Assembly: GCF_009914755.1 (NCBI RefSeq)
Contig: NC_060925.1
DNA length: 64,000 nucleotides
Direction: 5' to 3' (one strand)
Source of the DNA: the human T2T-CHM13v2.0 reference genome, Homo sapiens
The notes under the pieces were generated by a model. The model did not search any database. It was not told the DNA's origin and saw nothing but the letters and a program-made list of their open reading frames with translations. The position numbers and the translations under genes are program-made. Below are positions 49,115 to 61,500 of the stretch, in pieces (position 1 is the first letter of the stretch; each line of letters begins with the position of its first letter).

Positions 49115-51560
49115 TTAACAATAACCAATATTTACTGAGCATTTATGTGTTTGGCAGAATTCGAAGTGCTTAGTCTATTCTAGCTTACTTAATTTTCATG
49201 ATTGCCCTATAACAACCCTATAAAGTACTATTTTGACACGCTTTTTAAAGATAAGGGGATTGAGTACAGACAGGCAAAGAAGATTGCCCTAAGGTTAAAT
49301 AGCAGCATGATTCAAGTCAGGTTATCTAATTCCAGAGCCAGTATTCCTAAGTAGTATGCCATAACTAGTATCACTTTTAGGCGGGAAGAATATTCAGTCA
49401 TCACACAATGATACATTTTAGCAGCTGGTGCCCATTCTGATTAGTTGGGAGTTCCTTCTGTTTGTTAAATATTTTGAGTATCAGTTGTTCCCTTAGGACA
49501 TTGCGAGGGAGATTCTTGGCCATCTCTTGGAATCTGCTCTGTAGCTAAGTTCATGATGCCACTCCACTTGGTTCTAGATTCCATGTCTTCTCAACCAGTC
49601 TCACAACTGAGGCACATGGCTATAGCAGATATGAAGAAGAACAAGTCAAGGTCCTTCCCCTCAATCTAGTTAAGACAGGCCTTGATTATTAAAGAGTGAA
49701 TTATGTCTGATTTAGGACACCAGCTAAGAGTTTGAACTCTAAAAGTCTATGTAGGTGTTGATTAAAAGTGGAAGTGAAGTTCTGCTCCTGAGACACAGAA
49801 CACTAACAACTTTCTATTGTATATAAAACCAAGAACAAGAGAAGTTTTTATTAAGTTCTGCTAGCATCTCTGACTCATAAATGTACAAGGAGAAGATGAC
49901 CAGAATAGTCTTTGCAATGTTCAAGGTACTGAAATAGAAGTCCCAAATAGGAGACCTAGGAGTAAAGCTGTATGTTCTTTTGGGGGAAGTGTGGGTGGGG
50001 TGCCTCCATTAGATCAGGAAGAGAGAGTGTACAGAAAAGCACACAAGTCCAAGGGACTAGATTTCAAATCCAGCCTTCATCTTTTACTAGGACCCTTAGA
50101 TATGAACATATCTTGAACATCCAGAATTCCAGTTTACTTCATCTGTGAGGAAGTATAGGTGAACATATGGGCTTTGCTACAGAATTCCTGGGTTCATGAA
50201 CTTTTTTTTTTTGGACACAGCCTCACTCTCTCACCCAGGCTGGAGTGCAGGGGCATAATCTTGGCTCACTGCAACCTCTGCCTCCTGGGTTCAAGCGATT
50301 CTTGTGCCTCGGCCAAGTAGCTGAGATTACAGGCGCTTGCCACCACACCCAGCTAATTTTTGTATTTTTAGTAGAAATGGGGTTTTGCCATGATGGCTAG
50401 GCTGGCCTTGAACTTCTGGCCTTAAGTGATCCACCCACCTTGGCCTCCCAAACTGGTAGGATTACAGGTGTGAGTCACCACGCCTGGCTGAGCCACCCCG
50501 CCTGGCGACTTCCTGGTTTCAAATACCCACATTGCCGTGTCCTAAATGGCAAAATATTGGGGAAGTTTTTAACCTGTGAATGCTCCAGTTTCCCCATCTG
50601 TAAAATAAGATAAATAATAATTCATAACATTATTACAGGGATCAATGAATTCATTTAAAAATTAAAATAGTGCCTGGCACAGGGGAAGTGCTCAACTAAT
50701 GTTAGTTATTGTTAAAATCGGCCAAATGGAGATACTGGCAATTACTTCAATTATCTTTCTCATGAGAATTCTATAAGGTAATAACCTACAATGAAATCAA
50801 CTGGTATATAAAAGATGCTTGGTAATTGTTGGTTTTCTCTCTACCCCAGTAAATATTAGATCCCAGGTAGCAATAGAAAATATGGAAAATGCAAGGCATA
50901 TTTCACCAGCTTTAGATCAAGCCTATGTTCACAATTCACTCAAAACCTATCTTGAATCAAGTTTGAATCACTAGCAGAAAAATAATTGTCTTTTCCCATG
51001 AAATCTCCTTAAATTCACATGTTATCACCACAGATGATTATTATGGTCCTACATATGCAACATTTATGCAAAAAAGTATGAAATTGTCTCTCATTAATTG
51101 CAAGAAGCTTACAGCTTAATTTTGGAAACATGATCTTTGCTCCCTAGGTTAGTTATCACTGGAAGGTAAGGACCCCCAAGCAATTAATGAGATTGCTTAT
51201 ACTATGTGCCAAGGAGTGAGGATAGAATGTTCATGATTCCTAATGCCCGCAAGCACTTTTTCCTCTAAAATGGCCATGAGGAGTTTCAGTTATTTCACTA
51301 CATAATTTTCAATGAATGCATCCAACTTTGGAGCTTGATGGAATCAGACTGCTAAATATCTAATCCTAACTTGGGTATTTACTAGCTCTGTGACCTTTGT
51401 CAAATTAGTTAAACTCTTTGTACCTCAGCAACCTCATAGGTCCTCAAAATGGAGTTAAAAATAATATCTGCCTCCCAGGAGTGTGGTGAGGATTAAAAGA
51501 GTTAGCACTGACAAAGCATTTAGAAGACTGCTTGGTACTTAGGAAGCTAGCTATCAGTAA
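49115..51560. mobile_element. MIR fragments (~49115-49350, 50050-50150, 50507-50710, 51325-51560; others at ~41610-41850 and 43460-43660)
   Basis: MIR core cagtttccccatctgtaaaat and related motifs. Confidence 0.7.
50202..50506 (-). mobile_element. AluS/J with a duplicated 5' terminal ~18 bp
   Basis: ..tgagtcaccacgcctggc tgagccaccccgcctggc. Confidence 0.88.
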
Positions 51561-51745
51561 GTCTGCCATTGTCCACTGGAATACTTTTTTTTTTTTTTTT
51601 TTCCAGGGAGAAAATATTTTCCTTTTCCTGGATAAAACTGTGTCTGCCAGGCCTCCATAGACAGGTCTGTCTCTTTAAGTTTCAAAATCAGTCTGGATTC
51701 ACATATTAAAGATGTCCAGTTCAAGATACCATTTTCCCTTATATA

Positions 51746-51806
51746 TTAGGTTGGTGCAAACGCAATTGCGGTTTTTGCCATTAAAATTGCTTTTGCACAA
51801 ACCTGA
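51746..51806. mobile_element. MADE1 (Hsmar1 MITE) with internal deletion
   Basis: ttaggttggtgcaaa..ttttgcacaaacctga with TA on both flanks. Confidence 0.9.
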
Positions 51807-52136
51807 TACATATTAAAAGGTAGGACTACCTCTAGTTGCTGAACCTGCATCCTCCAGGGAAGGACATGCATTTCTGCTCTGTTCATTCTCCTTCCCGACA
51901 AGCTAGCTGCCATTTCTGACCTTTACCAGATAGCATCATGATCTGGGTGTTTCAAGAGGACTTGCTTTTATGGCTACTTTTGTGGTATTTCAATGCAGCT
52001 TCCTTGATGTTGGGAATGGACTCACCACCCCGCCTTTGACTCACAACCCGGCCCCATCCCACCTTGCTATCTATCCCCAGCCCCTGGTTTTCCAGTTATC
52101 TCTACAGCCGATTCTTCACCCTCTCCTCTCAAATAC

Positions 52137-52430
<294 letters not shown>

Positions 52431-53454
52431 TCAAATACTTCTCTTGATCGGACTTAACATGAGTCCAATCTGCCCTTCTCTTTTGTGTGGCTCATAGCAA
52501 GACCACAGGGAATAGGTACTCGTCCCTTGCCCTGACAAACTCTGGGAGTGCTGGCCCATTGCAATGTGGCAGTTTTTATTCTTCACCCAAAGGCTGCTTT
52601 ATCTTTCTTGCTTGAGGGTCAGGGCAAGTGTCTTCCAGCTTTAAAGCACAATGTAAAGCTCTCCTCGAGGCCAGTGAATGCCCCATCAGTAAGCTTTAAG
52701 GTGACCGAGATAAACTTTCCCCTCATTTTGGATGGGATAGGATGGAGTCTCACAGCAAAGTCATGCTTTCTCCGAAGAAATCTCTTTCCAAATCCTCTCT
52801 CTCTATATCCACTCTCTCAACCCTATTTTAGGCTTTACGTGTAGTTTGATATCTGCTATGTACCACATTCATCAAAACTGAGATAGAAAAGTTATCTTTT
52901 TAACATTCTGTTGTTATTATTTTTTTAAACCACAACTGGGACCAGGAAAGTCCACAGAATGTTCTTTTTTCTTACATTATCAAGGAGCTGAGGATTCAGC
53001 TGAAGAAAATTTTCTGTCAATCTCTATTTTGAAGAACACTGGAGAAGGATCACCTGTATAGAAGTAATTAGAAGTCAAAAAATAGCTGGGTCAAATCTCA
53101 GTCAGAAGATGATAGAAATCCCAAGTCTTAAACTGGCAGCTCAATTTAAGCCTATTTACGTTGTTGCATATTTTATTCAACCACTGAGAAAGGATGCCAA
53201 TATTCAGCCTTAGGGACTTAGTTAAAAGCTTTTTAGATTGGTAGCTGCAGGATCTTGAAATGAATAACATTTTGAGGTTTAATAGTGGCTTTGCTGAAAA
53301 CAAGCAATTCTTAATACATTTAACTACAAGAATAATAAGAAATATGGATTTATATTAACAGGAGCTAGAGATTTGATGTGGGGCTCCATGATGTAAATGG
53401 GGAATAACCAATAATCCTTAAGGGAGTTACTAAATAATACTAGTCTTTCTTCCA

Positions 53455-55457
53455 TTTTTTTTAAAATTATACTTTAAGTTATGGGATACATGTGCAGAAC
53501 GTGCAGGTTTGTCACCTGCATGTGCCATGGTGGTTTGCAGCACCCATCAACCCGTCATCTAGGTTTTAAGCCCTGCATGCGTTAGGTATTTGTCCTAATG
53601 CTCTCCCTCCTGTGCCCCCCAACCCCTCATCACTTTCAGGTACACCAATCAATTGTAGGTTTGGTCTTTTCACGTAGTCCCATATTTCTTGGAGGCTTTG
53701 TTTTTTCCTTTTCGTTCTTTTTTCTCTAATCTTATCTTCACACTTTATTTCATTAAGTTGATCTTCAATCTCTGATATCCTTTCTTCCGCTCGATTGATA
53801 CAGCTATTGATACTTATGTATGCTTCACAAAGTTCTCGTGCTGTGTTTTTCAGCTCCATCAGGTCATTTATGTTTTTTAAACTGGTTATTCTAGTTTGCA
53901 GTTCCTGTAACCTTTTATGAAGGTTCTTAGCTTCTTTGCATTGGGTTAGAACATGCTCCTTTAGCTCAGAGGAGTTTGTTATTACCCACATTCTGAAGCC
54001 TACTTCTATCAATTTGTCAAACTCATTCTCTGCCCAGTTTTGTGCCCTTGCTGGAGAAGAGCTGCGATCATTTGGAGGAGAAGAGGCATTCTGGTCTTTG
54101 GAATTTTCAGCATTTTTGTGCTGGTTTTTCCTCATCTTCATGGATTTATCTACCTTTGATCTTTGATGCTGATGGCCTTTGGATGGGGTTTTTCTGTGGG
54201 TGTCCTTTTTGTTGATGTTGATGTTATTGTTTTCTGTTCGTTAGTTTTCCTGCTAACAGTCAGGCCTCTCTTCTGCAGGTCTGCTGGAGTTTGCTGGAGG
54301 TCCGCTCCAGACCCTGTTTGCCTGGGTATTACCAGCAGAGGCTGCAGAACAGCAAAGATTGCTGCCTGGTCCTTACTATGGAAGCTTTGTCCCAGAGGGG
54401 CACCTGCCAGATGCCAGCTGGAGCTCTCCTGTATGAGGTGTCTGTCAATCCCTGCTGGGAGGTGTTTCCCACTCAGGAGGCATGGGGGTCAGGGACCCAC
54501 TTGAGGAGGCAGTCTGTCCCTTAGCAGAGCTCGAGCGCTGTGCTGGGAGATCCACTGCTGTCTTCAGAGCTGGCAGGCAGGAACATTTACGTCTGCTGAA
54601 GCTGTGCCCACAGCTGCCCCATCCCCCAGGTGCTCTGTCCCAGGGAGATGGGAGTTTTATCTATAAGCCCCTGATTGGGGCTGCTGCCTTTCTTTCAGAG
54701 ATGTCCAGCCCAGTGAAAAGGAATCTAGAGAGACAGTCTGGCCCCAGGTGCTTTGCCATGCTGCAGTGAGTTCTGCACAGTCTGAACTTCCCAGTAGTTT
54801 CCTTAATACTGTGAGGGGACTGCCTACTCAAGCCTCAGTAAGGGCAAACACCCCTCCCCCACCAAGCGCAATTGTCCCAGGTTGACTTCAGACTGCTGTG
54901 CTGGTAGTGAGAATTTCAAGCCAGTGATTCTTAGCTAGCTGGGCTCTGTGGGAGTGCGACCCACTGAGCAAGACCACTTGGCTCCCTGGCTTCAGGCCCC
55001 TTTCCGGGTCGGGGGTGAATGGTTCTGTCTCGCTGGGGTTCCAGGCACCACTGGGGTACAAAATAAACTCCTGCAGCTAGCTGGGTGTCTGCCCGAACAG
55101 TCACCCAGTTTTGTGCTTGAAACCCAGGGCTCTGGTGGTGTAGGCACAGGAGGGAATCTCCTGGTTTGTGGGTTGCAAAAACCGTGGGAAAAGCGTGGTA
55201 TCTGGGCCAGATAGCACAGTCCCTCAGGGCTTCCCTTGGCTAGGGGAGGAAGTTCTCCGGCCTCTTGCACTTCCCCGGTGAGGCAACGCCCCACCTTGCT
55301 TCTGCTTGCCCTCCATGGGCTGCACCCATTGTCTAACCAGTACCATTGAGATGAACCGGGTACCTCAGTTGGAAATACAGAAATCACCCACCTTCTGCCT
55401 TGGTCTCACTGGGCGCTGCAGACCGCAGCTGTTCTTATTTGGCTATCTTGCCAGCTC
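53455..55457 (-). mobile_element. L1PA7/8-like element with both termini but a large internal deletion (no ORF2)
   Basis: 5' end ..GCTGGCAAGATAGCC; ORF1 (53566-54141) fuses after QLIGVPESD into the terminal 3'UTR at ~53627. Confidence 0.93.
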
Positions 55458-55467
55458 TCTCCTTGCC

Positions 55468-55760
55468 TTTTTTTTTTTTTTTTAAGGGACAGGGTCTTGC
55501 TCTGTCACCCAGGCTGGAGTACAAGGGCATGATCATAGCTCACTGAACACCCAGGTTCATGTGATCCTCCCATCTCAGGCTCCCAAGTAGCTGGGATCAC
55601 AGGTGTGTGCCATCACACCCAACTGATTTAAAAAATGATTGTAGAGATGGGATCTTTCCCTGTTTCCCAGGTTGGTCTCCAACTCCTGCGCTCAAATGAT
55701 CCTCCTTCCTGGGCCCCCCAAAGTGTTTGGATTATAGGCGTGAGCCACCGTGCCCAGCCC
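55468..55760 (-). mobile_element. AluJ
   Basis: Antisense Alu next to the L1 5' end. Confidence 0.88.
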
Positions 55761-56137
55761 CTTTGTCCTTTTTAAACCCATATCAACCACTTAATAATAA
55801 AAAGATGCTACTTAGAGGGAAATTAGCATAAGCGTGTAAATACTGGGTATCATTGAGGAGTGGGAAAGCAGGTGCTTTTACATAATCCAGGTGGAAATGT
55901 AATTGTTGCAGCCATTTGGAAGAATAATTTGACAAAATGCATCAACAGCCTTAAAAATTACATATTTTCAATTCAGTAATTTTCTTTTAGAAATCTATCC
56001 TAAGGAATGAAAAATAATGCAAAGATTTTTTTCAGAGATATTTTTGTCAATGAAGCAATCTAAAAGTTCAATGATAAAGGTTTTACTGAATTATCATTTA
56101 TACATCTGTTTGAATTTTATGGAATCCTGTAAAATTA

Positions 56138-56349
<212 letters not shown>

Positions 56350-56501
56350 TCATATTCCATGTTTTAAAATTATATATTTACATATAAAGTATATATAGAT
56401 CAGGAAGAACCAACATTTTAATGGTGGTTATCACTGAGTAGTGAAATTTTGAATGATTTACTCCCTTTTCCTACCTGTGTTTTCTAATTTTTCCATAACA
56501 G

Positions 56502-57390
56502 ATATGAAAAATGAGCATTTAAAATGAAGAAAGTAATTAGAAGAGGTTTCATGTGATCCAGGAGCAAAAATATATCAAAAAGAAGGAAAGATGGATGCAT
56601 CCAACATTAAATACAGAGGGATATAAGAGAAAATGTAGCTTAGTGCAAATGGAAAAGAAAACCAAAACTGGAATCCTTTTTGCAATAAATGTTATTGCTT
56701 GCATGTTAATTGTCAGTTGTATGGTTCTGTGCAGCAGAGGTTCTCTAAGATACATAAGGCTTAGGATTAGGTAAAAGTAGCTTTTTTATATGGACACAAT
56801 AAAAAATATACATTGAGCAGAGTTTAACTGCATTTCCTAGATTCTGGATAAATAATTCAATAATTGATCTACTAATATCAATAGATTTTGCATTATATGT
56901 TATTGCTTTTCTCACTGAATTGGGTAAAATTTTTTTTTATTTTTGCTTATTTCCTTTCTACAATAGAAAATATCAGTTATATGTAATTAACACGTGGCCC
57001 ATGGTAGTTTCAGTTTATTTGCATTTAGCTAAACCCTTCAGAATGACCTTTATACCAGACTCTTTCATCTGCAATACAAGCATATTATTCTGCAGGGCAA
57101 ATGTTTCTAAGGAAATTTTATGGAAATGGAAAATCTCCAAACATACCATCTTATATCCAAAGGAGAAATTGACATGTCCATAAATAACGAATGTGATTTT
57201 TTTCAAGTCCAGTGAAACCAGCATTGGTTGTCTCTGTTCAGGATGGAGGCCAGTAATAAAAAGAGATGCCCTAACTCTGCTATGCATGCCCAAGAGAGAA
57301 ATGTGCTCACATTATCTCTTAGCTATAAAGAATGAAAAGGAGAAAGTGTTTGTGGGAATAAATGGAAAATCATTAGTTGGCTTCTGTTAA
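56502..57390 (+). pseudogene. Pseudo-exon cluster 6 (56502-56770, 57042-~57390)
   Basis: ccataacag|YEK*AFKMKKVIRRGFM*SRSK..IRENVA*CKWKRK|gtaaaa. Track ORFs 56920-57183 and 57193-57390 share one frame with a single internal stop (SILFCRANVSKEILWKWK..GCLCSGWRP). Confidence 0.5.
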
Positions 57391-57634
57391 GAGGGCAAGG
57401 GAGAGAGCTAATGCATTAAGGCCAAACTAGCTTCTCAGAATATGGTTATCAAACTTATCACCCTCCTCCCTCAACCGTCTCACTCTCTTCATTTTCTATT
57501 TCCAAGTGACATGAAGCCTTGGCTTCTAAGATAGTGCAGTAATGAATACCTAAATTCTGTATGTAAAAGAGCTCAACCATAAAATCAGCTACCCATACAC
57601 CTGTAAAGCAGGAAGAGAAAAGAACCTTTTCCTT

Positions 57635-58368
57635 AGAATGGACTCTATACAAATGCAAAGACAGTAATGGAATAATAGGAAATAAAAAGACAGAGAGGCA
57701 CAAAAATGCATATTTTGCAAAACTATATATACCAAATAAACTAAAAAATGCAGTGTTTACTTTCTTAAAAGAAACAGAAAACAAGTGATATAAGTAAAGA
57801 AACAAGTGGAAAAACATTCCCGTCTTTGAGTATATTACAGTCTTTCTTGCTACCAAAGACTTTTTAAAATATGATTTTTTTCATAATTATAGACATAATT
57901 AGGGACTTTGCTTCCTAATGTTTTCCACGATACTTAAAATGAAGATAGTCTGATGATCTAAATTAATCCTTAGAATGAAGGCTTGTTATTCCTGCTAGGA
58001 AAGATTTGTCTCCCTAGACTATCTTAGAAGCTAAAACCATGAACCAGGCTGTATTGTAGTGTCTGCAATGCAGCACTGAACAAGACAGAAAATGTCCCTG
58101 TTCCTGGGGATTTTACATCCTAAAGTTTGCATTTGTTCCTGTTCTTGCATTTCTCCCCGCCGTTTATTTTACCTTCATGATTTTGTGTATCTCTTTCTCC
58201 CTTTCTCTGTTTTCCCTATGTTCCCTTTTTCCCACTTATTATTTTCTGAATTGGACATAAATTAGAACAAAATATTTTTGATTATGCATTATATTTGTTG
58301 AAAAATTGTTTAGTATTTTAATTTTTAAAATAAAAAATCTTTAAAAAAAAGAATGGACTCTATACAAA
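57635..58368 (+). other. Orphan L1-mediated retro-insertion of non-TE sequence (retroposed 3'UTR fragment or 3' transduction)
   Basis: Perfect 19-bp TSD agaatggactctatacaaa (57635-57653, 58350-58368); TT|AGAA endonuclease-type site; AATAAA at 58329 then a short poly(A). Confidence 0.85.
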
Positions 58369-58516
58369 GTAGTGTGTTCTGAGAGCAGACTAAAGAAAAG
58401 AGCATGGTCTCTGATATATGTGCTGTATAAGCAAGTAATAGAAAGTTTTATTATAACACAGCCACATGTATTTGTCTACATATTGTCTATAGCACCTTTG
58501 GTTCTACAGTGGCAGA

Positions 58517-61500
58517 TTTGTGGGATCTAAAAATCAAAACAATTGAACTCATGGGCATAGCGTATCCAACAATGGTGGCCAGAGTCTGCTAAGGGTAGTA
58601 GGGGATTGTGGGGGAGGTGGGGATGGTTAATGCTTACATTAAAAGCAGTTAGAAAGAATGAATAAGACCTAGTATTTGCTAGCACAACAGGGTGACTATA
58701 GTCAGTAATAACTTAATTATACATTACTAAAAGAGTGTAATTGTTTGTAATACAAAGGATAAATGCTTGAGGGGATGAATACCCCATTCTCCATGATATG
58801 ATTATTACACATTGCATGCCTGTACCAAAATATCTCATGTACCCTATAAATATATACGCCTATGTACCCATTGGGTAAACTCACTGCTGGATCATATGGT
58901 AGCTCAATATTAGTTTTTTAAGGAACTTCCAAACTGTTCTTCATAGTGTTTGTACCAATTTACATTCCCACCAACAGTGTACAAAGGTTCCCTTTTTCTA
59001 CTCTGTTGCCAGCATTTGTTATTGCCTGTCTTTTAGATATAAGCCATTTTAACTGGGGTGAGATGATATCCCATTGTAGTTCTGATTTGCATTTCTCAGA
59101 TGATCAGTAATGTTGAGCACCTTTTCTTATGCCTGTTGGTCATTTGTATGTTTTTTGAGAAATTTATATTCAAATCTTTTGCCTATTGTTTAATCAGATT
59201 ATTAGATTTTTTTTCCTCTAAGGCTGTTTAAGCTCCTTATATAAAACATGGTTATTAATTTCTTGTCATATGGGTAGTTTGCAAATATTTTCTCCTGTTC
59301 TGTGGGTTGTCTATTCACTTTGTTGATTGTTTCCTTTGCTGTGCAGAAGATTTTTAACTTGTTGTGATCCCACTAGTCCATTTTTGCTTTGGTTGCCTGT
59401 GCTTGCCTGGGTATTACTCAAGAAAGTTTTGCCCAGACCAATGTCCTGGAGAGTTTCCTCAATGTTTTCTTGTAGTAGTTTCATAATTTGAGTTCTTAGA
59501 GTTAAGTCTTTAGTCCATTTTGATTTGATTCTTGTATACAGAGAAGGATAAGGGTCTAGTTTCATTCTTCTGCCTGTGGATATCCAGTTTTCCCAGCATC
59601 ATTTATTGAAGAGACTGTCTTCTACCCAGTGTATGTTCTTGGCACTTTTGTCAAAAATGAATTCACTGTGGGTGTGTGGATTTGTTTCTGGGTTCTCTAT
59701 TCTGTTCCATTTGTCCATGTGTCTGTTTTTATGCCAGTACCATGCTGCTTTGGTGACTTAGCTCTGTACTATAATTTGAAGGCAGGTAATGTGATTCCAC
59801 CAGTTTTGTTGTTTTGTATAGGATAGCTTTGGCTATTCTGGGTCTTTTCTGGTTCCATATAAATTTTAGAGTTTTTTTTTTCTATTTCTGTGAAGAATGT
59901 CATTGGTATTTTGATAGGGATTGCATTGAATCTGTAGATTGCTTTGAGTAGTATGAACATTTTAACAATATTGATTTTTCCAATCCATACAAATGAAATA
60001 TCTTTTCATTTTTTGGTGTCACCTTCAATTTCTTTCATCAATGTTTTATGTTTTCATTATAGAGATCTTTCACTTCTTTGGTTAAGTTCTTTCCTAGGTA
60101 TTTAAATTTATTTGTGGCTATTGTAAATAGGATTACTTTTTGATTTCTTTTTCAGATTCTTCACTGTTGGCATATAAAAATGGTACCGATTTTTGTATGT
60201 TGATTTCGTATCCTGTAACTTTACTGAATTTGTCTATTAGTTCTAATAGTTTTTTGGTGGAGTCTTTAGGTTTTTCCAAATATAAGATCATATAATCTGA
60301 AAACAAGGATAATTTGACTTCTTCCTTTCCAATTTGGATGCCCTTTATTTATTTCTCTCATCTGATTTCTCTAGTTAGGACTTCTAGTATTTGCTGAATA
60401 AAGTTGTGAAAGTGGGCATCCTTATCATTTTCCAGATCTTAGAAGAAAGGCTTTCAGTTTGGGAAAGGCTTATTGTCTGGGAAAGTCTTTATTTCTCCTT
60501 CATGTTTGAAGGATATTTTTGCTGGATATACTATTCTAGGGGAAAAGATTTTTTTCCTTCAGCACTTTAAATATGTCATGCCACTCTCCTGGCCTGTAAG
60601 GTTCCCACTGAAAAGTCTGCTGCCAGATGTATTGAAGCTCCATTGTATATTATTTATTTCTGTCTTGTTGCTTTTAGAATTTTTTTATTTATCCTTGACC
60701 TGTGGGAGTTTGATTATTAAATACCTTGAGGTAGTACTCTTTGGATTAAATTGGCTTGGTGTTCTATAACCTTCTTGTACTCAGATATTGATATCTTTCT
60801 CTAAGTTTGGGAAGCTATCATTATTATCCCTTTGAATAAACTTTCTACCTCTATCTCTTACTCTGCATCCTCTTTAAAGCCAATAACTCTTAGATTTTCC
60901 TTTTCGAGATTATTTTTTAGATCCTGTAGGGATGTCTCATTGGTTTTCATTATTTTTTTCTTTTGTCTACTCTGGCTGTGTATTTTCAAATAGCCTGTCT
61001 TCAAACTCAGCAATTCTGTCTTCTGATTGATCAATTCTGATATTAAAAGACTCTTATGCATTCTTCAGTATGCCAATTGCATTTTTCAGCATCAGAATTT
61101 CTGCTTAATTCTTTTTAGTTATTTCAATCTCTTTGTTAAATTAACTGATAAAATTCTGAATTCCTTCTCTGTGTTATCTTGAATTTCTTTGAGTTTCTCA
61201 ATACAGCTGTTTTGAATTATCTGTCTCAAAGGTCACATATCTCTGTTTCTCCAGGTTTGGTCCTTGGTGCCTTATTTAGTTCATTTGGTGAGGTAATGTT
61301 TTCCTGGATGGTGTTGATGTTTATAGATGTTCTTTGGTGTCTAGGCATTGAAAAGTTAGGTATTTATTGTAGTCTTCTCAGTCTGGGCTTGTTTTAGCTG
61401 TCCTTATTGGGTAGGCATTCCAGATATTTGAAAGAATTTGCATGTTATGATCTAAGCTGTATCCACTCTAGGGGGCATCCCAAGCCCAGTAATGCTGGGG

